Origin: a virus
Lineage: Duplodnaviria; Caudoviricetes
Reading direction: 5' to 3' (one strand)
Virus record (IMG/VR): IMGVR_UViG_3300048592_000721
Location: 1 to 59,644 of that record
DNA: 59,644 nt
Shown here: positions 47,208 to 56,866 of the stretch, piece by piece
Layout: each line of letters begins with the position of its first letter
How positions within the stretch are numbered: position 1 is the first letter of the stretch
Notes under the pieces: model-generated
Told to the model about the DNA's origin: nothing
The model's input: only the letters and a program-made list of their open reading frames with translations
Database searches by the model: none
Made by a program: the position numbers and the translations under genes

Positions 47208-47900
47208 TTAGGTAAACGACGGGGAGAGTCCAAGCGTGGTTAACTGCTTTGCGATATTCTTGATTGCCGAGGAAACTGCCTGGTCGGATTTCTGCAACTT
47301 GTGAGCAATCTCGCGCTGGTTATGACCGAACGAAAGCATGGAGATAATCATCTGATATTCTTTGGGGAGAGCCGACAACTTCTGCATGATTTCGGCGACC
47401 TGCTCGCGGTGTATAAACTCTTCTTCGGCTGAGGACGACGGATAGGCGGTCATTTCAAATTCTTCGTTTTCCGCATCATGGATTTTTGTAAGCATGGCGG
47501 ATTCGTCTTCCATCATCATCGAATAGGCTCGGTACTTACGCACACAGGCTTTTGCCGCCCACATTGCGCGTGTGAGGATTCGAGAGTCTGAATCATCTGG
47601 CTTACATTTTGTCAGGATTTCTTCGACCATTGCCGCGTAAATATCGTCAGACTCAAGCGGGTCGTTGGCGTATGACCGCGCTTTGACTTGCAGTTTATTT
47701 TCAAGGTCGGCAATGCGTTTCGCGAGTTCAGGGTAGAGCGATGGAGGATTAATGACAATAATTCGTTTCCCGCCGCTTGGCACATGTGCTTTGCGGCATT
47801 CTTTACAGATACGTTGGTGTCCTGGTCCGCGTCGGTGATACTCGGTCAGCGATTTCTCGACTTTGCACTTCTTGCATTTTTGTGTGGTGTTTTCGGTCAT
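47208..47900 (-). CDS. sigma-70-family factor with N-terminal zinc finger
   Basis: CKKC...CKEC, region-2-like ARSY..D..SDD, and region-4 LPKEYQ...NQREIAHKL HTH. Confidence 0.75.
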   Translation of the reverse strand: MTENTTQKCKKCKVEKSLTEYHRRGPGHQRICKECRKAHVPSGGKRIIVINPPSLYPELAKRIADLENKLQVKARSYANDPLESDDIYAAMVEEILTKCKPDDSDSRILTRAMWAAKACVRKYRAYSMMMEDESAMLTKIHDAENEEFEMTAYPSSSAEEEFIHREQVAEIMQKLSALPKEYQMIISMLSFGHNQREIAHKLQKSDQAVSSAIKNIAKQLTTLGLSPSFT

Positions 47901-47940
47901 GGTGTCACTCCTTTTAGTTTTTTTCGGAAGTTGCATTCCG

Positions 47941-47977
47941 ACACTGTCATCATAAATGATGACAGTGTAGTTGTCAA
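47941..47977 (-). promoter_or_regulatory. sigma70 promoter with overlapping perfect palindromic operator
   Basis: TTGACA(47977-47972)-17 bp-TATGAT(47954-47949). Inverted repeat ACACTGTCATCAT-AA-ATGATGACAGTGT. Confidence 0.8.
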
Positions 47978-48019
47978 GGGTGTAATCTTGCGCGTGAACA
48001 CTTATGTTATAATCAAATT

Positions 48020-48241
48020 ATGAAGCAAAAGACAAAAATCACTTTCAGGCTGGACGAAATCCTAAAAGAAAAGGGGAGAGGCGTCCGCGAGGTTGCGCGG
48101 TCAACGGGATTGGGCTTGGCTACTGTGTCGCGTATTGTCAACAACAAAACGCGCGGGGTCTCGTTTGATGTGGTTGAACGTTTGTGCGACGAGTTGGATA
48201 TTGAACCCCATGAGTTTTACAAGATAATAAAAATAAAATAA
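48020..48241 (+). CDS. XRE/Cro-CI HTH repressor
   Basis: VREVARSTGLGLATVSRI HTH. Extended -10 TG-T-TATAAT ends 6 nt before the ATG (likely leaderless). Terminator at 48240-48270. Confidence 0.85.
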   Translation: MKQKTKITFRLDEILKEKGRGVREVARSTGLGLATVSRIVNNKTRGVSFDVVERLCDELDIEPHEFYKIIKIK

Positions 48242-48418
48242 CGGCGGATGTGCAACCATCCGCCGTTTTTACGACTTGCGCGTCAGTCCTGGGGAGTAAC
48301 ACCACTTTGCCAGGGACTGGCGATTAGGTCGGCGGCTGAGCGGGTCCGACAACCGCGCACAACCTAACTCTGACGCCCGTTTGCCTACGGAGAACCGACA
48401 GGCGAACGGGCGGAAGTT

Positions 48419-48730
48419 TTATTCAAAAGCCTTCAAAAACTCAGACAATCTTGCTTCCAGCGACTTTAATTCTTCAAGATACAATTTTGAATTTACAACT
48501 TGTTCGGTATCGATTCTTATTGCGCGTTCTCCAAACAAAAGCGGAGTTTCATTTTTGGCGCTAATACGAGCGGCAAATGGAAGAACAAGACCGACGAGTT
48601 TATCGTTTGCTTCGCGGAATGTATTTGATATGCTTTTCGGGCGTTTTGCGCTGAATGCGGTTGCTGTGATTTTTGTCTTGCCTTTTGCTACAAATATCAT
48701 ACCGAAGACATTGAAGTTTTCAAGTGCCAC
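48419..48730 (-). CDS. hypothetical protein
   Basis: GGAGG RBS before the GTG start. Confidence 0.45.
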   Translation of the reverse strand: MALENFNVFGMIFVAKGKTKITATAFSAKRPKSISNTFREANDKLVGLVLPFAARISAKNETPLLFGERAIRIDTEQVVNSKLYLEELKSLEARLSEFLKAFE

Positions 48731-48753
48731 TGGCGACCTCCAAAATTTTGAAA

Positions 48754-48792
48754 GGTGCCCCAGCCAGGAGTCGAACCCGGAACCTACTGTTA
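48754..48792 (-). other. attP: attP core: 3' half of a tRNA gene
   Basis: Minus strand ...ACAGT-AGGTT-CCGGG-TTCGACT-CCTGG-CTGGGGC-A-CC, overlapping the integrase stop codon. Confidence 0.8.
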
Positions 48793-49653
48793 TGGGTTCA
48801 GCTTTTCAGTTTTTGGTAGGTTTGCTATGGGTAAATATTGCCGAATCGCGTCTTCGGTGATGTTTCGGGTGTAACGATCCACCATTTCCAGATTTGACCA
48901 ACGCCCTGCCACCATAAGAGTTTTAGACGGTGCGCCGAGCAAAGTAGAGATCGTGGCAAACGTGCGTCTGGCATCGTGTGGAGAGAATTCAAAGCCGACC
49001 TTCCTGCTCCATTTGCGGAATATCATTTTGATTCCGTGTCCAGTGAGAGGTTGTCCGTTGTTCCTGTTGTTTAGAAGATTCACAAAAAGAGTATCGACAC
49101 CTTTGGCAGGTTTGCGAAATTCCAACCACGATGCTATATAAAAAGCGGTCTGTTGTGAGTATGCTCCAGTCCCCCATTGCCCTCCCTTTACAACTACTTG
49201 AAGGTTAAGTTTTTCGAGGTTCACGTCATCGAGCTTAAGCCTTGCCAGTTCTGCGCGACGGAGTCCTGTGTCTATGGCTATGGCGAGAATTGCAAGGTCA
49301 CGTGATCCAATCGCAGTGGAAGTATCAAATGATGCAAGCAACTCGACCAGTTGATCCATAGTCAGGGCGCGCTGCTTTTTAGGGTGAACGCGCTTGATCC
49401 GAGCCGACAGCGCTGGATGGACTTGACCATATCTCCAAGAAATAAATGAGCGACAAGCGCAGAGGGCAACATATTGTTGCGTGTTCTGCTGAGGATTCCC
49501 TTTGATATTTGCTTTTACAAATGACAGTAGGTCGGATGCTGTCCAAGATGGAAGGTCTTCGACTACTAGTTTTTCCAAGGTGCGGCGATACGAAACCTTT
49601 GTGGATTCGCTGTATTCTCCCGATGCAAGAAAGTCTTCTACGAGTGTTCCCAT
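48790..49653 (-). CDS. int: tyrosine integrase
   Basis: TGLRRAEL (R), VKGG (K), HDARR (HxxR), GRW and RYT (Y). GAGGA RBS before MGTLV. Confidence 0.9.
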   Translation of the reverse strand: MGTLVEDFLASGEYSESTKVSYRRTLEKLVVEDLPSWTASDLLSFVKANIKGNPQQNTQQYVALCACRSFISWRYGQVHPALSARIKRVHPKKQRALTMDQLVELLASFDTSTAIGSRDLAILAIAIDTGLRRAELARLKLDDVNLEKLNLQVVVKGGQWGTGAYSQQTAFYIASWLEFRKPAKGVDTLFVNLLNNRNNGQPLTGHGIKMIFRKWSRKVGFEFSPHDARRTFATISTLLGAPSKTLMVAGRWSNLEMVDRYTRNITEDAIRQYLPIANLPKTEKLNP

Positions 49654-49666
49654 TTTGTCCTCTATG

Positions 49667-50482
49667 TTAGTGGTGTTGTTGTGTTCGCAGGGGATTTTCG
49701 TAGCCGACAGGCAGGTATTTTTGTAGGTCTTTCTTGACGTAATGCCTGACACCGAGAGATTGACATAGGTCAATCATCCTCAATGTGTAATCGCGCCAGT
49801 CCGTCGTTCTGGTGATGTCGAGATAATTCACGCGACCTATTTTATACAGGTCAACGAATTCGTGTGTAGATTTGACAATTTCCAAGCTGGCTTCAACGTT
49901 GATTGTCGGTTCGAGGGATACCCAAGTGAAAATCCCGTGCTCGTGGAACTTTTTCAGAGCGGCAATTCTATCACCTGGGAGCGCTGCTCCACGTTCCCAT
50001 TTTCGGGAGAAGTCGTCATCGAGACTGGTCAGCGTCGAGGCAAAGGCGTCGCGGTCGGGACGGAATAAATCAATATCGCGCAAGGCGCGGGTTCCGCCTT
50101 TGGTAAGGGTGCATACGCCAAGTCCATTTTCCTGCAGGACCTCAATTGCCCAACGCGTAAGAGAATTGTCGCCGGGGTGATACGGGTCCGTGGTAAACGA
50201 CAACATCACTTGTTCGGTGATTCCAGCCCGCTTGTATTTCAAAGCATCGAGAATCAATTTGCCAATAAAACCTTTGCGTGGGACAGCGCCAGCGTCGAAT
50301 TCTTTCCGCGTCATTGTTCCATGGAAAACACGCGGAACATAGCAGTATGCACACTTGTGCCCACAGCCTCTATATGGGTTTGCGGCGAGCGGAGCGTATT
50401 CGCCAGCCTGTCCTTGGGGGGCGTAAATATACTTACAGCCCTTGATTGAAATGCCATCGGGATTTACGGTAATTTTATCCAT
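49667..50482 (-). CDS. radical SAM protein (SPL-like)
   Basis: NPYRGCGHKCAYCY (CxxxCxxC), TTDPY and WVSLEP. Confidence 0.85.
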   Translation of the reverse strand: MDKITVNPDGISIKGCKYIYAPQGQAGEYAPLAANPYRGCGHKCAYCYVPRVFHGTMTRKEFDAGAVPRKGFIGKLILDALKYKRAGITEQVMLSFTTDPYHPGDNSLTRWAIEVLQENGLGVCTLTKGGTRALRDIDLFRPDRDAFASTLTSLDDDFSRKWERGAALPGDRIAALKKFHEHGIFTWVSLEPTINVEASLEIVKSTHEFVDLYKIGRVNYLDITRTTDWRDYTLRMIDLCQSLGVRHYVKKDLQKYLPVGYENPLRTQQHH

Positions 50483-50804
50483 AAAGCGTTAAAGTGTTCA
50501 CAAATAAACTTTTCACGCTTGGGACGACCTTAGAGGGGTCTTTCTCTTTGAGTCTGGATGTTATGTGTCAGGGAGATTTTGAATCCATTGGTGGGGCAGG
50601 TGACGCGGTTTTGAATAAAAAATCCGCCGTGTTACTGGCGGACTTTAGAATGGGATGCAATTATTGTGATTGCCAATGAAGAACCGCTTTCCGCAATCAG
50701 GACAGACTCCAAAGTGGTAGTGAAGCCACCAGTAAAGCGTGCGAAACGGTTTTAGTGCGGCATAGATCATGCCGCGATTGTATCACCGTCCTAGAAAGAA
50801 AAGG

Positions 50805-51500
50805 TCAGTTGTCTGCGTGCAGTTCGCGTTCATTTACCAACATGCCGTTCTCGAAGACTGCTTTAACTGTTTTCTCAGAGCCAGACTTGGCAACATCTAC
50901 GCCGATCTCGAATAGCGACAACTGGGGGTTATTCTTGACTTTGATGGATTCCAGTAACGTTCGCGCATCCTGTCTGCTGATCGGGGATGTGGCGAGTCCG
51001 TACCGCCGCTTGTACTCCTCGGCGACGTAGAGGCGGTGGCACTCGCTGCGCTTCCAGCAGGCGCAAATGAGGATGACGGGCTTCATTGCAAGTAAGCCAT
51101 TTAATATCATCATGCCAGATTCCACGTTTTCGAGTTCGATGCCGCCAGTTCCTTTATAGTTTGCGTTACCCAAATCGCCGACGTGAACGTAGTTTTCGCC
51201 CAGGATTTCCCTCAGGTGCTTTTGTGAAAATTCAGGGTTGCGAGTATGAGGCATGAAGCGGATGTCGGCGACAATTGCGCCGAGGGCTTCTGCGATCTGC
51301 GCGAGTTCCTCTGCCTTTTTGAGGTCGTTGTATCCGAGATCGTAGAGCGGGTGTTTTCGCGTTGTTACAATTTTATGACCGCTATGCTCTTTGAGCCATT
51401 CATCCAGGCATTCAAGCGTTGGGTTCTGCAAAGTGACTGTGCAATCCTCACACGTGTAATACACAAGTGTTTGAATTATTGAAAATTCGTTTTTATCCAT
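50805..51500 (-). CDS. DUF488-like protein
   Basis: DLGY, ADIRFMP, LGN and CACW...CHR. Confidence 0.7.
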   Translation of the reverse strand: MDKNEFSIIQTLVYYTCEDCTVTLQNPTLECLDEWLKEHSGHKIVTTRKHPLYDLGYNDLKKAEELAQIAEALGAIVADIRFMPHTRNPEFSQKHLREILGENYVHVGDLGNANYKGTGGIELENVESGMMILNGLLAMKPVILICACWKRSECHRLYVAEEYKRRYGLATSPISRQDARTLLESIKVKNNPQLSLFEIGVDVAKSGSEKTVKAVFENGMLVNERELHADN

Positions 51501-53139
51501 TTGAGTCTCCTAAAAGATGCTTGCAAAGTGAATATGATAATTTTACCGGGACAGCATTCCCGATCTGCTTGACGATTTGCTCCCGCGTTCCCTGAAACTT
51601 GTACGACTTCGGGAACGACATGGCGCGGGCGAGTTCGTGAGGTTGCAACATGCGGAATCGGATATCAAGTTGGTAGACCTTGCCGTCTTGATCGCGGAGG
51701 ATGATCGGAGAAACGAGACCAAAGCGGTCTTTCCCTGTTTGAGTCTTTAGCGGTTCATCAAGCGAATATGCGCTGCCTGTGCCGTAGTATTCGACAAGGA
51801 ACGGCTCGACGAGTCCAATTGTGTCCTGACCAATAATTGTTGGGGCGGGGTCATCGAGAGAACGCGCCTGGCTGCGATTGGTGGCTGTCCAGTTGGTGGT
51901 TAGCAAAAAAGGCTGCACAAGTGCCCATGAGTCCGCGCTGGTGATGGTCGCCATAGGTTTATTTATGTCTCGAAGTGCGCCGCCCTGATCCATTTGGATG
52001 ATGAATGGCTCAGCAAGACCGAAACGCGCTTCGGCTGTTATCGTCTGCATTGGTTCTTCGATTGATCTGACCTGCTTTCCATTTGCACTGGCATGTTCGA
52101 GCGCGACAATAAAAGGCTGAGCCAGCCCAAAGCGGTTGGAGGTGTCGAGTGTAGGGAGCGGAGAGTCTACAGAGCGCGTGCGGTTCTGGGAGTTTTTGCC
52201 GTTGTGATATTCGACGATGTACGGCTCGACAAATTGTATCTTGCCTGCCCCGGTGATGGTCGAGACTGGCTTATCCACTCCGCGAGGCGCTCCGCCTGAC
52301 TGTTGGGAGAGCATGAATGATTTGCCGCCGTACTTTTGAAGCCCGGCAAAGATACGTCTCAGTGTGTTATCTGCCAGGGGTTTTTTGCGGTTGAAGATGG
52401 ATTCACCCTTGATCTTCCAGTCTATGATGTCGCGTGCCGGCTTCCAGCGCGCGGATTTACCAAACATATTTCCGCCGTTCTGGTGGTGACTTGGTTCTGG
52501 AAAATCTGCCTGCCGACCTTTGCGGCAAATGATAAACAGGCGCTTGCGAGTGGTCGGGTCCCCGTAGTCGGCGGCGACGAGCCTGCGCCATTTGACATTG
52601 TATCCAAGTTTCTCCATCTTACGGACGAAGCGATAGAAGTATTCGCCTTTGCGGTTTTGGATCGGGAGTCCATATTTGCAAGGTTTTTTGTGCTTTACTT
52701 TGATGCTCTCTCCCGCTCCGCAGGTGCATTTTCTGTGGAGTGGTCCCCAATCTTCGAACTCAGGGACGTTCTCGATCAAGACGTCCTGCACGTCAAGAGC
52801 CGACACCCACCGGATGACGTATTTGACACTGGCGCGGGATTGCTTAGACATAGGAGCGCCACCGCGAGCGTTGCTGAAATGTGTACATTCAGGCGATGCC
52901 AGGAGAAGGCGCAATTTACCAGATGGCACGACTTGGCGCGGGTCAATGTCTTTGAGGTCAGAATTGTAGTGCGCGACCTTTGGGTGGTTCTTGCTGTGTG
53001 TGGCGATGGCGATATCCCAATGGTTTACTGCGACCAGGTTTACATCCAATCCCAACTCGCGGGCGGCTTGGAGTGCTCCGGTGCTGGTGCCGCCTGCACC
53101 ACAGAATAGGTCGGCGAGGTCTTGAGTTGGTTTATTCAT
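51493..53139 (-). CDS. DNA cytosine-5 methyltransferase
   Basis: DLFCGAGG, SPEC, ENV, RKR and QIGNAVP. Repeated P..TIT internal modules. Confidence 0.92.
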   Translation of the reverse strand: MNKPTQDLADLFCGAGGTSTGALQAARELGLDVNLVAVNHWDIAIATHSKNHPKVAHYNSDLKDIDPRQVVPSGKLRLLLASPECTHFSNARGGAPMSKQSRASVKYVIRWVSALDVQDVLIENVPEFEDWGPLHRKCTCGAGESIKVKHKKPCKYGLPIQNRKGEYFYRFVRKMEKLGYNVKWRRLVAADYGDPTTRKRLFIICRKGRQADFPEPSHHQNGGNMFGKSARWKPARDIIDWKIKGESIFNRKKPLADNTLRRIFAGLQKYGGKSFMLSQQSGGAPRGVDKPVSTITGAGKIQFVEPYIVEYHNGKNSQNRTRSVDSPLPTLDTSNRFGLAQPFIVALEHASANGKQVRSIEEPMQTITAEARFGLAEPFIIQMDQGGALRDINKPMATITSADSWALVQPFLLTTNWTATNRSQARSLDDPAPTIIGQDTIGLVEPFLVEYYGTGSAYSLDEPLKTQTGKDRFGLVSPIILRDQDGKVYQLDIRFRMLQPHELARAMSFPKSYKFQGTREQIVKQIGNAVPVKLSYSLCKHLLGDSNG

Positions 53140-53695
53140 GCAGTTCACCATCGGCATACATGACAAAAGGATATCCAAATGTGTGTTTTATGGTCGTGCG
53201 ATGCCAGATATGCCAAACGTAATTGTGAATCGGCTCGGCTTTGCGTTCTTCCGACCAGTACGGACGGAACAGCATTTTGATCTGACCGTAGTATAAAATT
53301 TCTTCCCTGAATAAATGCTGGCGGCTTTTGGCAAAATCGAAGTTTGCGCGTAAGAGACAGGCAAAGCCGGTCACTTTGTTATAGCGCACACGTTCAATTT
53401 GTCTCTCGATGATCAGATCAACCAGTTTTCGGTCGTAAGGCGGGTTGGTGACGATCCAGTCTGCGAAAACATTTTCCTCAAACGCATCCGGTTTGCAGAA
53501 CGAATTTTCATACCCAGTCTTTTTGAGCGTTTCAATGATTCCGCTGCCCTGCGGAGCGCACACATCAAAGATGATTTCCTTCTTGCCAATCCTGCCGTGA
53601 TGTAAAAGCGCATACACACAGCGCTCATCGATGGTCGGATAGTAGTCGCCGGGGACTCGCGGATAATTGCTTTTGACGAAGGGAGGTTGAGGCAT
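53132..53695 (-). CDS. small amino (N6/N4) DNA methyltransferase
   Basis: DYYPT and VTNPPY. Confidence 0.78.
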   Translation of the reverse strand: MPQPPFVKSNYPRVPGDYYPTIDERCVYALLHHGRIGKKEIIFDVCAPQGSGIIETLKKTGYENSFCKPDAFEENVFADWIVTNPPYDRKLVDLIIERQIERVRYNKVTGFACLLRANFDFAKSRQHLFREEILYYGQIKMLFRPYWSEERKAEPIHNYVWHIWHRTTIKHTFGYPFVMYADGELHE

Positions 53696-54021
53696 TAGTT
53701 CACCCCTGCAAGTTGTTTTATTTCGCCAATCGTGATGTCAAGCGGAAGTTTCCCGGCGTCGAACGCAGATTCCAGGCATTCAGCGAAACCAAGGATTTTC
53801 GGGTATGTCTTTTGAATGGCGGCGATTAACTCTATGTTGGCTTTGGCTTCGAGTTTGCAGATGCTCTTTGAGCGCTCTTTGCCGTTTTCATAGACGTAGG
53901 TCACGGTACGCAGGTCGAAGGCGCTGGCGTAACTGGCGGGCTGCCAGTACACGATACCAGTGTTGCCGAAAGCGTCTGAAATTTTTGCGCGGAGGGATTT
54001 ACTGATTTTGATTTCTTTCAT
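53695..54021 (-). CDS. hypothetical protein
   Basis: AGGAG RBS after a motif copy. Confidence 0.6.
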   Translation of the reverse strand: MKEIKISKSLRAKISDAFGNTGIVYWQPASYASAFDLRTVTYVYENGKERSKSICKLEAKANIELIAAIQKTYPKILGFAECLESAFDAGKLPLDITIGEIKQLAGVN

Positions 54022-54228
54022 GGGTATTCTCCTATCCTTTTAAGTGTTCAAGAGTGTTTTTTTACTTGGATAAGTTTTTGTTTTGGTAAAATCCATTCAT
54101 GGATGCAATGGAAGAAGCCGCGCGTGAGATTATTGGGTTGTTCGTTGTTCTTTCCCTTTGGGTGATAGGGTGGTCTTTGCTTGGTGCAATCGTTTTTGCG
54201 TTTTTTTTCGTCCTCACAAACATTGTCT

Positions 54229-55107
54229 CTATGTTTTGATTACCGCCCGTGTCGGGAGGTAGGTATAGCGGTACTTGCACAGGAACGCGAGTAGCCGACC
54301 TATGGCGGCGGCTTCGCGGTGATGCCCCTGCGCTTGGAGTTCGAGGACGTAAGCCAGCGTGATTGCGCCCGTATGGTGTTCAGGTGTGATGAACGGATCG
54401 GGAAGGTCGGCGGCAATCGGGTAGGTATCCTTGGTGGTTTCAATGCTGACTTTGGGGGATTCCAAAGCACCACCGAACAGGGCAAGATCGAATAAACTCT
54501 CCTGGCTTTGCTGAGCAAAGAGGGCGTCCACGATCTCGCGGAACTGGCGAAAGTTGACCGCCTTTCCCTCGATGATGGGACGGGCGGCGATCATCTGGCG
54601 GTTATGATCCAGCACGGACAGCGTTTCTGCGTGCCCGATGGGGAATGCTCCACGGCGAACGTGGTAAAGGATATCCTCACGAACGTTGCCGAGCATGAGT
54701 CGCTTTTCCACGAGCTTTTTCGAGACGCCGCATTTCTTGGAAATTTTTTCAATGCTCCATCCCATAGCGAGACGCTTTTTATACGCAAGCATTTCATCAA
54801 CGGGGTCGAGATCGCGCCGCCCCACGTTCTCGGCAAGCATGATGGCGCTGGCTTCCTCGTCAGTCAGTTCGCGCACAATGCAATCAATTGTTTCAAGTTT
54901 GAGAACCTGCGAGACTGCTCGGAATCGGCGTTCGCCTGCGACGATTTGGTATCTTTCCGCAAACGGGCGGACGGTGATCGGCTGAGCGAGTCCGTGCTCG
55001 CCAATAGATGCCGCGAGTTCCTCCAGACCGTCATTGTCAAAGACGGTGCGGTCATTGTCGCCAGCGGTAATAAGGTGGCATGGGATTTGCTGAATCGCTT
55101 GTGTCAT
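54229..55107 (-). CDS. parB: ParB/Spo0J family protein
   Basis: QPITVR, VAGERRFRA and ENVGRRDL. Confidence 0.88.
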   Translation of the reverse strand: MTQAIQQIPCHLITAGDNDRTVFDNDGLEELAASIGEHGLAQPITVRPFAERYQIVAGERRFRAVSQVLKLETIDCIVRELTDEEASAIMLAENVGRRDLDPVDEMLAYKKRLAMGWSIEKISKKCGVSKKLVEKRLMLGNVREDILYHVRRGAFPIGHAETLSVLDHNRQMIAARPIIEGKAVNFRQFREIVDALFAQQSQESLFDLALFGGALESPKVSIETTKDTYPIAADLPDPFITPEHHTGAITLAYVLELQAQGHHREAAAIGRLLAFLCKYRYTYLPTRAVIKT

Positions 55108-55556
55108 GCCTTTTTCTCCATCAGTAGTAGTTTGATTTGCTTTTGAATGGGACGAGGCTTATAACTCTCTGTAGCCACCTTGACGGGGCTATTTGAAAAT
55201 AATGGCAGATCTTCGCCTGACTGAAACATATTTGCCTGGGTCGGCTTTTGCTTTGGTTCCATCGGTTCAAGTGATAATGCCTGTTTGATTTCCTCCTCGT
55301 GTTTTTCGTAAATCTTTCGTAGTCCGTGTGGCAATCCCGCCCATGTGCCATCATGCGTGTTGTATTTTGGGTGTTCGGTTTCTTTGCGCCATTCCGCAGT
55401 GTCACGTCTCCATAGGTAACGAGTAAAACGCGCGGCTCCTATTTCCCACACGTCAGGGGATGGATGCGTCAGTGCGTCATCCTTCTCGAACACAATCAAC
55501 ATCCATTCCGTGTTCCCGATTCTGTAGGCAGGAGTTTCGTAGATCAAAGTTTCCAT
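55104..55556 (-). CDS. hypothetical protein
   Basis: GGAG RBS, coupled to parB. Confidence 0.6.
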   Translation of the reverse strand: METLIYETPAYRIGNTEWMLIVFEKDDALTHPSPDVWEIGAARFTRYLWRRDTAEWRKETEHPKYNTHDGTWAGLPHGLRKIYEKHEEEIKQALSLEPMEPKQKPTQANMFQSGEDLPLFSNSPVKVATESYKPRPIQKQIKLLLMEKKA

Positions 55557-55557
55557 C

Positions 55558-55962
55558 CTATATCTCCACCAGCGCGAGACGCTTCGCAAAATTCGGATTG
55601 ACTTCGGTCACGAATGGCGCTTCGGCTGGAATTGGCTCTTGCTCTGCTTGCGGCGCGTTCAGTTCCTTGACCTGGCACCGGCAGAAAACATACACGCGGG
55701 TTGGGGTTGTGATTTCTTTCTTCGAGCCATCTCCTTTCTGCTTATCATCCACTATGCGCTTTTGAAACGACATCAGGCGAACGCCATGTTCCCCTTTCTT
55801 CACGCACTTGCCTTGCGCGATCCAGCGGTCGAAGGTAAACCAGTCTACATAGGGCTGGCAATTGCACCCGCGCTCGCGGGTGGCGGCTTCGAGGATTTGC
55901 GCTGAGGTTTCTGAGGTCTGCTCAAACTGTACGGCTTGCTGTGGTGTCATCTTTTGTTTCAT
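55558..55962 (-). CDS. ArdC-like ssDNA-binding antirestriction domain protein
   Basis: WFTFDRW...G..VKKGEHG and VFCRCQV. Confidence 0.75.
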   Translation of the reverse strand: MKQKMTPQQAVQFEQTSETSAQILEAATRERGCNCQPYVDWFTFDRWIAQGKCVKKGEHGVRLMSFQKRIVDDKQKGDGSKKEITTPTRVYVFCRCQVKELNAPQAEQEPIPAEAPFVTEVNPNFAKRLALVEI

Positions 55963-56187
55963 GGTTTGCTCCTTCTATTTTCTTATCCTGTTAAGTGTTT
56001 ACTCAAAAAGAAATCCCGCCTCTGCTTTCGCTTCGGCGGGATTTGCGCGGTGGGTGACTTCTCGGTATTCATACCATGCTGTCGGGGGGAGATTCCGCGC
56101 TTGATTGCGACGCTGATCATGATGTCGGATAACTCGCTTGATGCTCATGGTAACGACCTGCAAGGATTTCACGCGCACACCAACGGG

Positions 56188-56853
56188 TTAGAAGCCTAAC
56201 CCGCGTTCTTTCAACGAAACCCATCTGGCTTGACCAATCACGATATGGTCCAAAATTTCCACGTCCATGAGTTTGCCAGCTTGGACAATGGCGCGGGTGA
56301 CTGCCACGTCATCCGGTGATGGGGTCGGGTCGCCCGATGGGTGGTTGTGACAGATAACAATGGCTGAGGCTTGTTCGCGCAGGGCGTCTTTGAAAAGTTC
56401 GCCGACACGGACTTGCGAGGATGAAACGCTTCCCTTGTAAACCATCACGATTTTGATAACTTCATTGCGACGGTTTAGCAGGATGACGCGCAATTGTTCA
56501 TGGTCAAGCGACTGCATCTCATATTGCACCAGCGCGGCGGCATCTGCAGGGGAGTTGACGTGTGCCTTCTCGCGTGGATTTGCCATTGCCTGGCGGCGTG
56601 CGATTTCTGCGATTGCCAGTATCATGTCGGCTGTTTTGTCGCCGACGCGGTTGATTTCTTTCACGCGGTCACGCGGGATTTTGACCAGTAGGTTATCGTA
56701 CTCATTCAGCAACTGGCTCAATTGGACTGCGGAGTCTGTGTCGGGGAGCATCAGCGCGACGCTGAGCAACTCGGTGGTATTGAGGGCGGGAGCTCCAAGT
56801 TCGCGGAGTCTGTGCGCGGGTTGTTCGGATTGGGGAAGTTCGGCATATTTCAT
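56188..56853 (-). CDS. radC: RadC/JAB domain protein
   Basis: HNHPSGDPTPSPDD and LDHIVIG. Confidence 0.92.
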   Translation of the reverse strand: MKYAELPQSEQPAHRLRELGAPALNTTELLSVALMLPDTDSAVQLSQLLNEYDNLLVKIPRDRVKEINRVGDKTADMILAIAEIARRQAMANPREKAHVNSPADAAALVQYEMQSLDHEQLRVILLNRRNEVIKIVMVYKGSVSSSQVRVGELFKDALREQASAIVICHNHPSGDPTPSPDDVAVTRAIVQAGKLMDVEILDHIVIGQARWVSLKERGLGF

Positions 56854-56866
56854 GACATCCTCCTGT

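Noticed and set aside
48754-48800. Third complete tRNA gene
   Set aside because: Only the variable loop, T-arm and 3' acceptor strand are present. The 5' half is integrase coding sequence.
48790-49653. Tyrosine recombinase as the integron integrase
   Set aside because: It lacks a recognisable IntI-specific insertion, lies about 8 kb from the array, and abuts a tRNA-derived attP, so it is the prophage integrase.
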